Positions 23,996 through 34,842 of a stretch of DNA of 64,000 nucleotides are shown in pieces (position 1 is the stretch's first letter; each line of letters opens with the position of its first letter). The translations under genes and the position numbers were made by a program. The notes beneath the pieces were generated by a model, which did no database searches, was not told the DNA's origin, and worked only from the letters and a program-made list of their open reading frames with translations. Source of the stretch: Phormidesmis sp. (GTDB taxonomy: Bacteria > Cyanobacteriota > Cyanobacteriia > Leptolyngbyales > Leptolyngbyaceae); the NCBI GenBank assembly GCA_965248535.1, contig CBDFJR010000005.1, positions 1,952,001 to 2,016,000 of the forward strand, read 5' to 3'.

Positions 23996-24988
23996 CTAAA
24001 ACCGTGGATAGGTTCGGCCGTCTTTGGCAGTTGGCTTTTTCTTGTTCTTGATTTGAGCCTGAGCGACTTCGACTTCTTTCAACTTTTTAAGAATTCGGCC
24101 GAAGTAGTCTTGCATGTAGGCTTCTAGCGTCGTCATCTCTGACGGGTCTAGTTGAAAGGTTTTATAAACCTCATCCATCGGGGCGTTGAGCGGCTTGCCC
24201 GTGGCCACAACTTCTGTAAAAGAGAGGCGATCGGCGATATTCCACGTCCACTGAAAGAAGCGGGCGAACCCTGCAAAAGCTCGCAGCAAGCCGATCGGCA
24301 TCCGCGAAACTCTTGCCTGCTTGCCAGACATGCGCTCACACAGACGAATAATCTCGTAGGCACCCCAGGCTCTTGACCCCACCACCGGAAAGGATTGCTG
24401 CTCAGTTTCAGGAATTTTGAGCGCTTGCACCGCAAACTTAGCGATGTCTTGCGTATCCATATAGGCGATCGGAGAGGTGTCACCCATCACCCAAACCGCT
24501 TGCCCTTCTAAAATCGGAATGGCGTATTGACCGATTAAACCCTGCAAAAACCCGCAGGGACGCAGGATGGTGTAATTTAACCCTGACTCTGCTAACAGCT
24601 TTTCGGTGCAGGCTTTGATCTCCATCAGCGGCACTTTGGGAAACTTTTCAGCATCCAAAATCGAGAAGAAAATGTAGCGATCGATGCCAGCAGTTTTAGC
24701 GGCTCGAATCAGATTTCCTTTGCCTTCCCAATCTACTTGTCTAATGCTGAGAGAATCGGTGGCGCGGGCGGTTGCCGCATCAATAATAGCCGTCACGCCT
24801 TCTAGGACTGACGGCAGGCTCTCAGGGTCACAAATATTGCCCGTTACTAACTCTGCGCCCCACTCCTTCAAGAAGGCAGCTTTCTTAAGACTCCGCACCA
24901 AACACCGCACCTCGTACCCCTCATCTAGGGCCCGACGAGTCACCTGTCTTCCTAAAGTGCCAGTGGCACCCACAATTAATAAACTCAT
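23996..24988 (-). CDS. ycf39: Ycf39, atypical SDR / NAD(P)H-binding photosystem II assembly factor
   Basis: MSLLIVGATGTLGRQV, FLKEWGAELV, GLIGQYAIPIL; true ATG at 24988 rather than 25141. Confidence 0.88.
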   Translation of the reverse strand: MSLLIVGATGTLGRQVTRRALDEGYEVRCLVRSLKKAAFLKEWGAELVTGNICDPESLPSVLEGVTAIIDAATARATDSLSIRQVDWEGKGNLIRAAKTAGIDRYIFFSILDAEKFPKVPLMEIKACTEKLLAESGLNYTILRPCGFLQGLIGQYAIPILEGQAVWVMGDTSPIAYMDTQDIAKFAVQALKIPETEQQSFPVVGSRAWGAYEIIRLCERMSGKQARVSRMPIGLLRAFAGFARFFQWTWNIADRLSFTEVVATGKPLNAPMDEVYKTFQLDPSEMTTLEAYMQDYFGRILKKLKEVEVAQAQIKNKKKPTAKDGRTYPRF

Positions 24989-25214
24989 GAGGAATTCGTG
25001 ACGAATTGTTAACTTTTTGTCAGATTCTATCAGAAATTTTGACCAAACGGCGAAACTTTCCGATTCAGAGGAGTTTCTCAAGGGTGGGCAGCGATCGCCC
25101 CTAAGAAACCCAGGCGATCGGTCAAACCTGGATTGCCACACGGTCTGGTAAGCTACCCTAAAAGCAGTCTTAGCTCTGCCCGATCGCTTAAGTGATTTAG
25201 CTTATCGCCCTATT

Positions 25215-25631
25215 ATGAGTCACTCAAATGCCACTCCTGCCAGTGATCGAGTTGATCAAAGCCAACCCTCTGAGAATCTGAGTTGCACCATTCAGCATCC
25301 GGTTGATCTGAGTCAGGTGCGCCAGTTGCACCGAGATCTGATCAGCGTCGAAAAAGCCCAGCGAATGGCAGAGTTTTTTGCACTGCTAGGAGATGCCAAT
25401 CGGTTGCGAATCTTGTCAGCTCTGGCTGCTCAAGAACTGTGCATCTGTGATCTCGCTGCCGTCGTCAAAATGACTGAATCGGCCGTGTCTCATCAACTGC
25501 GATCGCTCAGAGCCATGCGTTTAGTGGGCCATCGCAAGCAAGGACGCAATGTTTTTTATTCTCTAAAAGATCATCATGTGGTTAACCTCTATCGAGAAGT
25601 GGCCGAACATCTGGATGAGTCAGACGACTGA
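25215..25631 (+). CDS. ArsR/SmtB-family metal-sensing repressor (SmtB/ZiaR/BxmR type)
   Basis: [18 protein letters not shown], alpha5 ligands DHH...HLDE, N-terminal CxxxH. Confidence 0.88.
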   Translation: MSHSNATPASDRVDQSQPSENLSCTIQHPVDLSQVRQLHRDLISVEKAQRMAEFFALLGDANRLRILSALAAQELCICDLAAVVKMTESAVSHQLRSLRAMRLVGHRKQGRNVFYSLKDHHVVNLYREVAEHLDESDD

Positions 25632-25687
25632 GCCAGGGCAAAGGGTCAAAGCAAAAGTGTCTCGCTTTTCCCCTTTTCTCTCTGCTT

Positions 25688-25792
25688 TTATTCTTCGCCA
25701 CCCTGAATTTTGAGCAGCAAAAACCCCAGGGCTAACCCGAAGGGAATCAAAGTGAACGCTAGAATAGCAGCGTTGAAGATCTCTCCAGACAT
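25688..25792 (-). CDS. petM: Cytochrome b6f subunit VII PetM (absent from the ORF track)
   Basis: Manual translation MSGEIFNAAILAFTLIPFGLALGFLLLKIQGGEE*; AGGAGGA RBS at 25801-25807; divergent from pdxA. Confidence 0.9.
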   Translation of the reverse strand: MSGEIFNAAILAFTLIPFGLALGFLLLKIQGGEE

Positions 25793-25985
25793 TGATCGAA
25801 TCCTCCTAACTTGAATTTTATGGGTCGATCGCTCTGACCCTCGGCTTGTCAGCAGATGTGGTTACTGAATCAGTAGACCTGCAAAAAGCATTGTAAACCA
25901 GTTCAGTAGCGGGTTCTCTGCAAAGGGCCGAGATGGAGAAGTTTTGAGCTTGTCTGATGGCGCTGTCCTTTAGGGTTTCGTCTTT

Positions 25986-27020
25986 ATGAATCGTGTTCGT
26001 TTGGTGATTCCGGTCGGTGACCCGGCTGGCATCGGCGCAGAAGTGACCTTAAAAGCGTTGGCTGATGCATCGGTGAGTGATGGCGCTGAGGTGACCCTCG
26101 TTGGCAGTCAGGCTCATCTGCAAGAGACCTACGATCGCTTGGTGGCAACGTGTGACCTAGCTAATCCTGAGTGGCTCACTGTGTTGGATGTTCCCTTAGA
26201 GCAACCCGTTAGTTTAGGGATGGGCAATGCCGCAAGCGGAGCGGCAAGCTTTCAGTATTTAGACACGGCGATCGCTCACACGTTAGCCGGACAGTTTGAG
26301 GCGATTGTGACGGGCCCGATCGCTAAGTCTGCCTGGAAAGCTGCCGGACATCTCTATCCAGGACAGACCGAGTTGCTGGCAGAACGGGCTAATGTGAAGC
26401 GGTTTGGGATGTTGTTTGTGGCCCGATCGCCTCACACAGGCTGGTGGCTGCGAACGCTGTTGGCAACGACTCATATTCCGCTACGGCAGGTGGCTGACGC
26501 GCTCACGCCAGACTTAATGACTCTCAAGCTAGACCTGCTGATTGACTGCCTAGAGCAGGCGTTTGGCATTGAGCACCCGCACATTGCGATCGCCGGGCTA
26601 AACCCCCACAGTGGCGAACAAGGGCAACTCGGACGAGAAGAACATGATTGGCTGCTCGGCTGGTTAGAGCAGATGCGCGATCGCTTCCCTCAAGCCCGAC
26701 TTGATGGGCTGATTCCACCCGACACGCTGTGGGTAAAACCAGGGCAGGCCTGGTATGGGGCAAACCCGCCCGTGGTGGCTCACGATGGATATCTAGCGCT
26801 CTATCATGACCAAGGGTTAATTCCGGTTAAGCTGATGGCTTTCGATCGGGCGGTCAACACCTCGATCGGGCTACCGTTTGTTCGCACGTCTCCTGATCAC
26901 GGAACCGCTTTTGACATTGCTGAAAAAGGGGTTGCTGATGCCGCCAGCATGAAGGCAGCGATTCAGCTTGCGATCGCTCTGTCCAAGCAAAAAAGAGGGC
27001 TTGCACCCCTTCAGGCTTAA
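25986..27020 (+). CDS. pdxA: 4-hydroxythreonine-4-phosphate dehydrogenase
   Basis: [36 protein letters not shown]. Confidence 0.95.
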   Translation: MNRVRLVIPVGDPAGIGAEVTLKALADASVSDGAEVTLVGSQAHLQETYDRLVATCDLANPEWLTVLDVPLEQPVSLGMGNAASGAASFQYLDTAIAHTLAGQFEAIVTGPIAKSAWKAAGHLYPGQTELLAERANVKRFGMLFVARSPHTGWWLRTLLATTHIPLRQVADALTPDLMTLKLDLLIDCLEQAFGIEHPHIAIAGLNPHSGEQGQLGREEHDWLLGWLEQMRDRFPQARLDGLIPPDTLWVKPGQAWYGANPPVVAHDGYLALYHDQGLIPVKLMAFDRAVNTSIGLPFVRTSPDHGTAFDIAEKGVADAASMKAAIQLAIALSKQKRGLAPLQA

Positions 27021-27234
27021 ACTAGTTTTCTCTGTCTGATAGAGTCCCTGTCTAAAAAGTTAGCACTTGATGACATTTGAAACAGTTCTTAATATAATCG
27101 AGAAGAGTTCACCGCGAAAATAGAAATTATTCAGTATAGGTCACTACAAAGCGCGATTGTAACAGCCATATGACTATACTTTTCTGACATTTTTAAGGTT
27201 TGGTTCAATTTACGTCACTCGTTGCAGGAGGACA

Positions 27235-27459
27235 ATGATGGTTCAACTAGCACAATACTCTCTAACCATGATTCAAGATGAGGTTCGCCAACTCGTAGAA
27301 AAAGGAGTGGTCAACCGCCAGCAGCCAATCTACAGTCTTTGCAAGCACATTCCGTCTCGCGAATGGGTTTGCATGGAGTGTGAGCTAGAAAAATGTGACT
27401 TTTTGCTGCGCGATCGCATTGGCGATCTCATGGGTCACGAAATTTGGGACAACGACTAG
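27235..27459 (+). CDS. DUF4327 family protein
   Basis: IQDEVRQLV, RQQPIY, ELEKCDFLLRDRIGDL...WDND; AGGAGG RBS. Confidence 0.78.
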   Translation: MMVQLAQYSLTMIQDEVRQLVEKGVVNRQQPIYSLCKHIPSREWVCMECELEKCDFLLRDRIGDLMGHEIWDND

Positions 27460-27486
27460 AAGGGTTTGAGGGCCGTCGCTCAACCC

Positions 27487-28338
27487 TCAAACTTCCTCTA
27501 AGCTGCCTGAAAACACTCGCGCTGCTGGGCCCGTCATCTCAATTCGCCCATCGGCTGCCCACTCAATGTCTAGACAGCCACCCGGTAGCTCGATCGTAGC
27601 CCGTCGATCGCACCTGCCCGTCAGCACCCCCGCCACGAGCGATGCACAGGCCCCCGTACCGCACGCTAAGGTAATGCCAGCGCCTCGCTCCCACACGCGC
27701 ATTTTGAGATAGTCCGATCGCACCACCTGAATAAACTCAGTGTTGATGCGCTGCGGAAAAGCAGGATGATGCTCAAACTGTGGCCCAATCTGCTCTAAAG
27801 AGATGGCCGAGACATCCTCCACAAACGTGATGCAGTGCGGGTTTCCCATGCTGACACACGTCACTTGCCAGGTTTGACCTGCCACCGCTAGAGATTGGTC
27901 AATAACCTTATGATCCGCGTCGGTTAGAGTGGTCGGAATTTCTGCGGCTAAAAGGCGCGGCGCGCCCATGTCAACCGTGACCTGCCCGCTGCCTGCTAGC
28001 TTGAGCGTGATCACCCCTGCCAGAGTGTGAATCAGATAAGTCTGCTTTGCCACCCCCGTCTCTGCGGCCTCAAGCTCTGCCAAAAACCGACCTAGGCAGC
28101 GAATGCCATTGCCACACATTTCTGGCTCTGACCCATCAGAGTTAAAAATTCGCATCGTGTAGTCGGTGCCTGCTTGCCCAGCTAAAGCAAAGATCACGCC
28201 ATCTGCGCCGATGCCAAAGTGGCGATCGCAGAGCTTAACCGCTTGCTCTGGAGTCAAACAAGGCTCAGTGTCCGCACGATGATCGACCAAAATAAAATCG
28301 TTGCCGAGTCCGTGATATTTGACAAATTCGAGGCGCAT
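27487..28338 (-). CDS. dapF: Diaminopimelate epimerase
   Basis: [37 protein letters not shown]. Confidence 0.96.
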   Translation of the reverse strand: MRLEFVKYHGLGNDFILVDHRADTEPCLTPEQAVKLCDRHFGIGADGVIFALAGQAGTDYTMRIFNSDGSEPEMCGNGIRCLGRFLAELEAAETGVAKQTYLIHTLAGVITLKLAGSGQVTVDMGAPRLLAAEIPTTLTDADHKVIDQSLAVAGQTWQVTCVSMGNPHCITFVEDVSAISLEQIGPQFEHHPAFPQRINTEFIQVVRSDYLKMRVWERGAGITLACGTGACASLVAGVLTGRCDRRATIELPGGCLDIEWAADGRIEMTGPAARVFSGSLEEV

Positions 28339-28458
28339 AAGATCGATCCGCAGAATGTATAGAGTGATGGCCGTTGTGGAACTATAAAGATGAGGTCAGC
28401 AGATGATACTCTCACTGCTAGCGCTGATTAGTTTAAGAAAGGAAGCAAGGAACTTAGC

Positions 28459-28674
28459 ATGACTATTGAACTAGACACAGGACTGCCCAGCATTCGTCAA
28501 ATTCAAACTGCTATTCGTGAAGAAAAAGAAGTCGAGATGAAACTCGTCACGGGCGATTTGCTAACCGGAAAATTGCGCTGGCAAGACCACCATTGTATCT
28601 GTGTGTTGGATCAGTATGACCAGCCTGTGATCGTCTGGCGACAAGCGATCGTTTATGTCAAACCTAAAGCCTAA
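28459..28674 (+). CDS. hfq: Cyanobacterial Hfq homologue
   Basis: DTGLPSIRQIQ, KLVTGD..GKLRWQD, WRQAIVY; divergent from dapF. Confidence 0.88.
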   Translation: MTIELDTGLPSIRQIQTAIREEKEVEMKLVTGDLLTGKLRWQDHHCICVLDQYDQPVIVWRQAIVYVKPKA

Positions 28675-28678
28675 AGTG

Positions 28679-30991
28679 CTAGGAGTCTTCTAGCGCTTCG
28701 CTGCTTTGAGAAACTACCGAAATGGGTAAGATCGAAAGTTCAAGCTTGGGTGAAAGTGAAGTCGTCGCCTGATTTAGAGCGTGAAAACTTCCGCACAGCA
28801 GCAAGCGATCGCCCATTTGCACCTCTATATCATCTTCAGGAAACCGCAAGAATTTGTTTTCTCGCCGGATGGCCTGAATCTGAATTCCATATTGCCGCCG
28901 CCAGTCTAACTCAGCCAGGGTTTTGCAGACGATCGCGCTCCCTTCGAGCACCTGTATCCACTGACACGAAGCATTTTCAGCCGGAACCGCCGCTTCTCCT
29001 TTGGCTAACTCATCAAAGGCGGCTAACTCGTTCGGTTCGCCTACAATCAGCAAGCGATCGCCCTGCTCTAGTGTCGTGGTGGCATCGGGGTAGTCTAACT
29101 CAGCCCCACCCGCCCGCCGAATGGCCATCAACGTCACCCCCGTTAACCGTCGGATATCTGTTTCTTCTAGCGTCATTTCTGTGAGCGGAGATTCTTCAGG
29201 CAGCGGATACCATTTGCTATTCATCTCCTCGGTGGCAGCTTTTAACTCGCGAGAGATCTCAGCAGACGGGCGCTCTGGGCGAAATTCCAAATAGTGCGAG
29301 TTGCGAATTTGCTGCACCTCTCGCTGAATAGCAGGCAACGGCAGCCCTACCCCATTCAGCAGATGGGCCGATAATTCTAAACTGGCTTCAAATTCTGGAT
29401 GGACGACTTCTCTAGCGCCCAACTGATAGAGCAATTCAATATCTTTACCCTGATTGGCCCGAACGACAATATCTAGATCGGGGGCGATTTCTAGAGCACG
29501 TTTGAGGCAGAGACGAGTGCTCATCGGGTCGGGCAGGGCGATCGCCATTCCCAGCGCGTGGGCAACGCCCGCTTTTTCTAAAACATGGAGACTGGCTGCA
29601 TTGCCATAAATATAAGGCAGCCCAGCCTCTCTAACTTGCTGAATTCGGCTCTCAGACTGGTCAACGACCACCACGGGATAGTTGCGATCCTGCAAGAGGC
29701 GCACGATATTTCGTCCAATTTGCCCATAGCCACAGACCACCACATGATTTTGGGTGGGCAGGTCGTCGGCGATCGCCAGGGGCACATCGCTTTCTTCGAG
29801 ATATTTTTTGAGAAATGGCAGCGACTCCGCCCAGGTAAACAGTCGAGGCACCAATCGCAGCACAAAAGGGGTCAGCACTAAAGTCACTGCCGTGGTGCCT
29901 AAAATCAGCAGATAGACGCGGCGAGAAACCAGCCCTAAAGACTGTCCTTCACTGGCTAACACAAACGAAAACTCTCCGATCTGAGCCAGCCCCAGCCCAG
30001 CCATCAGCGCGGTTTTAAGAGGATATCGAAACAGCCTCACCAAGGGAGTGATCAGCAGGAATTTGCCGATAAAGACAATCGTTACCAACCCTAAAATCAA
30101 CTCCAGATTATTCCAGAGAAAGAAGGGATCGATCAGCATCCCGATCGACGCAAAAAACAGTGACGCAAAAATGTCGCGCAGTGGCTCCACATAGGTGAGA
30201 GTCTGATCGGCATATTCCGCTTCTGAGATCATTAACCCGGCGACGAAAGCACCCATCTCGATCGACAGTCCTAGATGCTCGGTTAGCAGCGCAATGCCCA
30301 AACAGATTGCTACAACGCCTAGCAAAAATAGCTCCCGGCTCTCAGTTTTGGCCAGCAGTCTCAGCAGGGGCGGAATCACCCAAATTCCAGCCGCTACGGC
30401 TCCGAGGGCAAAAAGCCCGGTCTGCATCAAGGCCCAACCAACCGCCAGCCCGATCTCTCCTACAGGTTTGTCAAGCGCCGGAAGCACTGCCAGCATCAGA
30501 CCCAAGGCTAAGTCTTGCACCACCAGAATTCCTAGCATCACCTGTCCGTGAGGGGTGCCCGTCTCGTTGCGCTCCATTAAACATTTCAGCACAACCGCAG
30601 TCGAAGACAGAGAGAGAATCGCCCCCAAGAAAACGCCCTGAGCCGGAGACGTAACCCAGCCCAGTCCAAGGGATACTAGTGCTGTCACCAAAATCGTCAG
30701 CGTGATCTGAAGTCCGCCGCCCCCCAAGCTGATGGCCTTAACTTTTTTTAACTCTGAAAAAGAAAACTCAACCCCCAGTGCAAACAGCAGAAAGGCAACT
30801 CCAAACTGCGCCAGGGTTTCGACTTGCACAATTTCTTTGATCAGCCCTAGCCCTGTGGGGCCAACCACCACCCCTGCCAGCAGATAGCCTAATAGAACAG
30901 GTTGCTTGAGCAATGCAGCCAGCAAGCCTCCTGCGGCAGCAGCAGCCAAGACCGAGACGAGATCGACAATTAGCCGGAAATCTTCTTGCAC
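28679..30991 (-). CDS. Kef-type cation:proton antiporter (CPA2) with TrkA-N and two TrkA-C domains
   Basis: SLSSTAVV, ILVVQDL, AQIGEFSFVL, VVCGYGQIG. Confidence 0.9.
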   Translation of the reverse strand: MQEDFRLIVDLVSVLAAAAAGGLLAALLKQPVLLGYLLAGVVVGPTGLGLIKEIVQVETLAQFGVAFLLFALGVEFSFSELKKVKAISLGGGGLQITLTILVTALVSLGLGWVTSPAQGVFLGAILSLSSTAVVLKCLMERNETGTPHGQVMLGILVVQDLALGLMLAVLPALDKPVGEIGLAVGWALMQTGLFALGAVAAGIWVIPPLLRLLAKTESRELFLLGVVAICLGIALLTEHLGLSIEMGAFVAGLMISEAEYADQTLTYVEPLRDIFASLFFASIGMLIDPFFLWNNLELILGLVTIVFIGKFLLITPLVRLFRYPLKTALMAGLGLAQIGEFSFVLASEGQSLGLVSRRVYLLILGTTAVTLVLTPFVLRLVPRLFTWAESLPFLKKYLEESDVPLAIADDLPTQNHVVVCGYGQIGRNIVRLLQDRNYPVVVVDQSESRIQQVREAGLPYIYGNAASLHVLEKAGVAHALGMAIALPDPMSTRLCLKRALEIAPDLDIVVRANQGKDIELLYQLGAREVVHPEFEASLELSAHLLNGVGLPLPAIQREVQQIRNSHYLEFRPERPSAEISRELKAATEEMNSKWYPLPEESPLTEMTLEETDIRRLTGVTLMAIRRAGGAELDYPDATTTLEQGDRLLIVGEPNELAAFDELAKGEAAVPAENASCQWIQVLEGSAIVCKTLAELDWRRQYGIQIQAIRRENKFLRFPEDDIEVQMGDRLLLCGSFHALNQATTSLSPKLELSILPISVVSQSSEALEDS

Positions 30992-31233
30992 GGGTTCCCT
31001 AAAGATTAGAAGAAATATTACAGTTTATAAATTTTAGAATACTAAGTTTTCAGGGAGTTTGTTAAGGGAATCATAAAACAGAGGGTAATCTCTCGACGAT
31101 CGCGACCCCCTTGCACAAACTGCATAACTTTTTATGATTCTGCATACCTGACGTGTTGTTTGACACAGAATCTAGGGCAGAATGGTTCGGGGGTTGTCTA
31201 TTCAAACTGCTGCTTGGAGTTTACAAAGGCGCT

Positions 31234-31779
31234 ATGAGCATAGTAAAAATTGTTGAACAAGCCTTACAAGACGGCTATTTGACACCAGCTATGGAAGCTG
31301 AGGTGGGGCGCATTTGTGATGCAGCCTCAGAACTGTTGATCGAAGAGTATATGGCTTTAGATCGATTGATGGGAGCGCTGCTCACAGGCGAGGTGGTAGC
31401 AGTTCCCCGGAAGCAATTTATCAACGTGATGGAAGAATTAGTGTTGACGGAGGCGATCGCCCGCGTGGCGGAGATCGAAGCGACGAGCGATCGCACCTTA
31501 GATCTCGGCGATATTGCCGCTTATGCACTCAATCGCTTATTGCCCCTCTATGCCACGACAGAAGAAGGTGCGGTCTATCAGCGTCAACGAGCCAAAGAAG
31601 AACTGCAAGGGTTAATTGCTCAACAGGTCGGTGAGGCGATCGCCCGCAACCTCGATCGTCCCGAATTCTTTCCTGAGCGGCAAGCGATCGGCAAAAGCTC
31701 AAAAGACGAAATCTTGTCGCAAGTCAGCACGTTGCTGCAAGCGTATGCGCCTAGCTTTGAGTCGGAGCCAACTCGATAG
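31234..31779 (+). CDS. ComFB-domain protein (CdgR-like putative c-di-GMP receptor)
   Basis: FINVMEELV, DIAAYALNRL.PLYATT ComFB signature; ATG at 31234 with upstream GGAG. Confidence 0.75.
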   Translation: MSIVKIVEQALQDGYLTPAMEAEVGRICDAASELLIEEYMALDRLMGALLTGEVVAVPRKQFINVMEELVLTEAIARVAEIEATSDRTLDLGDIAAYALNRLLPLYATTEEGAVYQRQRAKEELQGLIAQQVGEAIARNLDRPEFFPERQAIGKSSKDEILSQVSTLLQAYAPSFESEPTR

Positions 31780-31803
31780 TCAACCGTTTTGTCTATGCAT
31801 CCT

Positions 31804-31833
31804 GAAGATGGGGGCTTAAGCCCCTTCTTTTTT
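31804..31833 (+). terminator. Rho-independent terminator
   Basis: GGGGC-TTAA-GCCCC stem followed by TTCTTTTTT. Confidence 0.6.
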
Positions 31834-31851
31834 GCATTTTTTAAGGATCAG

Positions 31852-32457
31852 CTACGGCCTTACCGTGACGGGGGTTCCGGTAGAGATTTGCCTGTATAGT
31901 TTGCCAATATCCGAGTTTCTCATTCTCAAGCAACCATGAGAGACGGGTTGCCCAACCAGTTGTTCGTCGTCGGTGCCATGAAAGCCAATGAGCAGGTTTC
32001 CGACTGACCCAAACCCGATCCACCATTTTCCGAGGGGATTTTTTTTGCCCGGCAACACGGTTTCTCCAGTGATCGGATGTTGCCAAACAGGATTTTGATA
32101 CATCTGAAACACGCTGAAGCTTCCGATCGGGGTTTCCCAGCCCTGTTGTCCGATCGCTACGGGATAACTGGCTTTGACCCGATCATTCTCATAAACATAG
32201 ACGCGACGATCGCTGAGATCGACGACAAGCTTTAGACTTTTGACGGCCGTGCTTTTTAAAGACGGCTTTTTGGCGATCGGCTTTGGACTGAAAATGCCAG
32301 AAACGTGGATTTTAGACAAAGCGGTGCCAGGCAGCGCTGCAATTTGCTGCCATTGAGACGCGATTAACAACGTGCCCGTCCCCATACACAGCACCATTAA
32401 ATGGCGAAGCAACGTCAGATCCTGGTTTCTTGTCGCCGTTCTACTGAGTCTAGCCAC
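31852..32457 (-). CDS. L,D-transpeptidase (YkuD family)
   Basis: YPVAIG, ETPIG, IGFHGT, SHGCLRM. Confidence 0.9.
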   Translation of the reverse strand: MARLSRTATRNQDLTLLRHLMVLCMGTGTLLIASQWQQIAALPGTALSKIHVSGIFSPKPIAKKPSLKSTAVKSLKLVVDLSDRRVYVYENDRVKASYPVAIGQQGWETPIGSFSVFQMYQNPVWQHPITGETVLPGKKNPLGKWWIGFGSVGNLLIGFHGTDDEQLVGQPVSHGCLRMRNSDIGKLYRQISTGTPVTVRP

Positions 32458-33204
32458 GCTTTTTTAAACTTAGAGTTCCTAAAGTTTCTCTGTGAAGCTA
32501 CGGACAAGATCGTTAAGCTTTGATCTGACTTAACGGGTGGCTTTCCGGAAGCAATCAGTTTAGGTCTGAAGGATCAGGTAGCGTCTCTGAGTTTTAGAGG
32601 AGCGCGATCGGAGAAGACGGAAGATCACAAACCCTTGTTCAAACAAGGCAAAAACTTTAACGCTTCTTCATAGTTACCTAGACTCCTTCTCAGAATATAG
32701 GGCACTTTATGGGTGCAGGTGCCTTCTTGAGGTTGGAGGAATCAAACAAAACCGATCAAAGAGCACTCTTCTATCTACATCTACAGGTTCATCAACGAGT
32801 GGTGTGTCAGGTCTTGTGAGGAGAAACAACAATGGCTGAAAGATTATTACTAGCAATTACCATCACATTTTCTCTCAATTGTCTTTTAGGGCTGGCTCCA
32901 ACATCAGCTAGAGAGACGGTGGGGGCAAACTCGCTACAGGCAGTGCAAACCCAAGTATCAATGCTTTTGGCAAACGCGACTTTGTACAACAAATAGGTTG
33001 AATGATCCAGCGATCGCCAGATGGAGCCTGATTCATCGCTTGCCTAAGCTCACCTCCTATAAACAGAGGAGTTTGAAGATCAAGACTTCGGCGCGATCGC
33101 TCAATCAAATTGGCAGGCTCAAGCTAGCTGCCTCAGCAAAAGACATTTTGCGTCATGTGCGAGATATGCTGGTGAAACAACCGTCATATTCAAGAGATTA
33201 TCAG

Positions 33205-33231
33205 GGAACTTCTGAAACAGAGTTTGGGTCA
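33205..33231 (+). promoter_or_regulatory. Candidate ECF-sigma (autoregulatory) promoter
   Basis: GGAACT-N17-GTCA about 40 bp upstream of the sigma gene. Confidence 0.4.
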
Positions 33232-33271
33232 TGGGAAGAGAATGTAGGAACGTTTAGAGCGAATTCCGCCC

Positions 33272-33931
33272 ATGAGTCAATCCTTTCCTGTATCCTGGTT
33301 TCCGGTTGAGGCAACCGCTTCTCAAACGCCAGTGCAAGCAGAAAAACTCTCTAACTACGATTTAGTTTTGCAGTGTCAGACCGAGCACCGCCCAGAGAAA
33401 GCGGCGTTTGCTGAACTCATGCGGCGATATCAATCTCACGTTGACAAGGTTCTTTATCACTTGGCTCCTGATTGGCAAGATCGCGCTGATCTCGCCCAAG
33501 AAGTCTGGATTCGAGTCTATCGCAACGTCAAACGCCTCAACGATCCGATCAAGTTTAGAGGCTGGCTGAGTCGCATCGCGACTAACCTGTTTTATGACGA
33601 GTTGCGAAAGCGCAAGCGTAACTCAAGTCCGCTTTCTCTTGATGCGCCCCTGACTCTAGAAGATGGTCAGCTAGACTGGGAAATTGCTTCGGCGACTCCT
33701 GGGCCTGAAGAAGATCTCACGACGCGGGAATTTTATGATCAGTTAAATGAAGCGATCGCTGATTTGCCCGAAGTGTTTCGCACCACGATCGTGCTGCGCG
33801 AGATTGAGGGCATGGCCTATGAGGAAATTGCTGAACTGACGGGCGTTTCGTTGGGGACGGTTAAGTCTAGAATTGCGAGGGCGAGACATCGCTTGCAGAC
33901 TCAGCTACAGCGTTATTTAGACGGGGGCTGA
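33272..33931 (+). CDS. sigG: ECF sigma factor, SigG type
   Basis: DLAQEVWIRV, WLSRIATNLFYDELRKRKR, GTVKSRIARAR; followed by an anti-sigma gene. Confidence 0.82.
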   Translation: MSQSFPVSWFPVEATASQTPVQAEKLSNYDLVLQCQTEHRPEKAAFAELMRRYQSHVDKVLYHLAPDWQDRADLAQEVWIRVYRNVKRLNDPIKFRGWLSRIATNLFYDELRKRKRNSSPLSLDAPLTLEDGQLDWEIASATPGPEEDLTTREFYDQLNEAIADLPEVFRTTIVLREIEGMAYEEIAELTGVSLGTVKSRIARARHRLQTQLQRYLDGG

Positions 33932-34060
33932 GGGGTCTGAGTCCTCATAGCTCTCCGTGTATTTACGATTCGTTTCTGCTAATATTTCTCTCGACTGCGG
34001 TAATTGTCACACCTTGCGTCGGTTGAATTTCTCAGATTGACTTCGGTAGACTAGCTTGTA

Positions 34061-34684
34061 TTGACAACTGGGTATTCTCATTTCAAGAGAAGTGATTCCA
34101 CGATGAACCCCGATTTAGATCCGCTTAATAATTCCATGCAACCATCTTCTGATCCGGCTTCCCCTGCTTCTAAGGGTACGTTTGAGTCAACCACTCTGCA
34201 ACGCGATCGCTTTGAGTTACTGAGTGCCTATTTGGATGGCGAGGTGACTGCTGCCGAGCGTCAGCAGGTTGAAGAGTGGCTAGTCAATGATGTCACGGTG
34301 CAAAAGCTTCACGCTCGTCTGATGATGCTGCGTCAAGGGTTTCGCTCTCTGCCAGTGCCACAGCCTAGTCAGCCGATCGAGCAGACGGTTGAGAAGGTCT
34401 TGGCTCAGGTTGAGCGCAGACCAAAACTCTCACTGGTTTGGGGAGGGACGGCGATCGCGGCTCTTTTCGTGGGAGCGGTGACGATGATTTCTCCGATCGG
34501 CAGACCTCCGGTTTCACAAGTGGCTGTCAAGACGCAGCCTGCGGTGACTCGCCCACAGTCCAACGCCGTCGAGAGCGATGGGCTATTAGTAGCGCTCGAT
34601 CGCCCGGTATTGGCGATTCCTAAAGAGGCGGCCCCTTCTAAAGCGACGACTGGGGTTAAGCCGAGTAGCTCTGCCCACAACTAA
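34061..34684 (+). CDS. Membrane-bound anti-sigma factor
   Basis: RDRFELLSAYLDGEVT..ER, single TM helix; alternative ATG at 34103. Confidence 0.85.
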   Translation: MTTGYSHFKRSDSTMNPDLDPLNNSMQPSSDPASPASKGTFESTTLQRDRFELLSAYLDGEVTAAERQQVEEWLVNDVTVQKLHARLMMLRQGFRSLPVPQPSQPIEQTVEKVLAQVERRPKLSLVWGGTAIAALFVGAVTMISPIGRPPVSQVAVKTQPAVTRPQSNAVESDGLLVALDRPVLAIPKEAAPSKATTGVKPSSSAHN

Positions 34685-34703
34685 AAACTCGCTTTTCTCG
34701 CCC

Positions 34704-34743
34704 ACAGTCCGCAGCCAAAATAAATGACTGCGGATTGTTTTTT
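34704..34743 (+). terminator. Rho-independent terminator
   Basis: ACAGTCCGCAG...CTGCGGATTGT stem followed by a T run. Confidence 0.7.
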
Positions 34744-34842
34744 GATCCCATCTTTCGTGGACAAACCCTCTCGGTCGGGGGTAGAAAGTGTCACAATAGG
34801 CAGGTTAATCGAATCGTTAAAGCTTAGTCAGGAGTTCCGATC

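Noticed and set aside
24989..25141. 51-aa N-terminal extension of Ycf39 in the ORF track (likewise extensions at 31153, 38810, 44663, 60578)
   Set aside because: Family similarity begins at downstream start codons; the extensions are longest-ORF artefacts.
32460..33200. Short ORFs in the long region between the transpeptidase and sigG
   Set aside because: No recognisable motifs, and they overlap on both strands; likely divergent promoter or UTR sequence.
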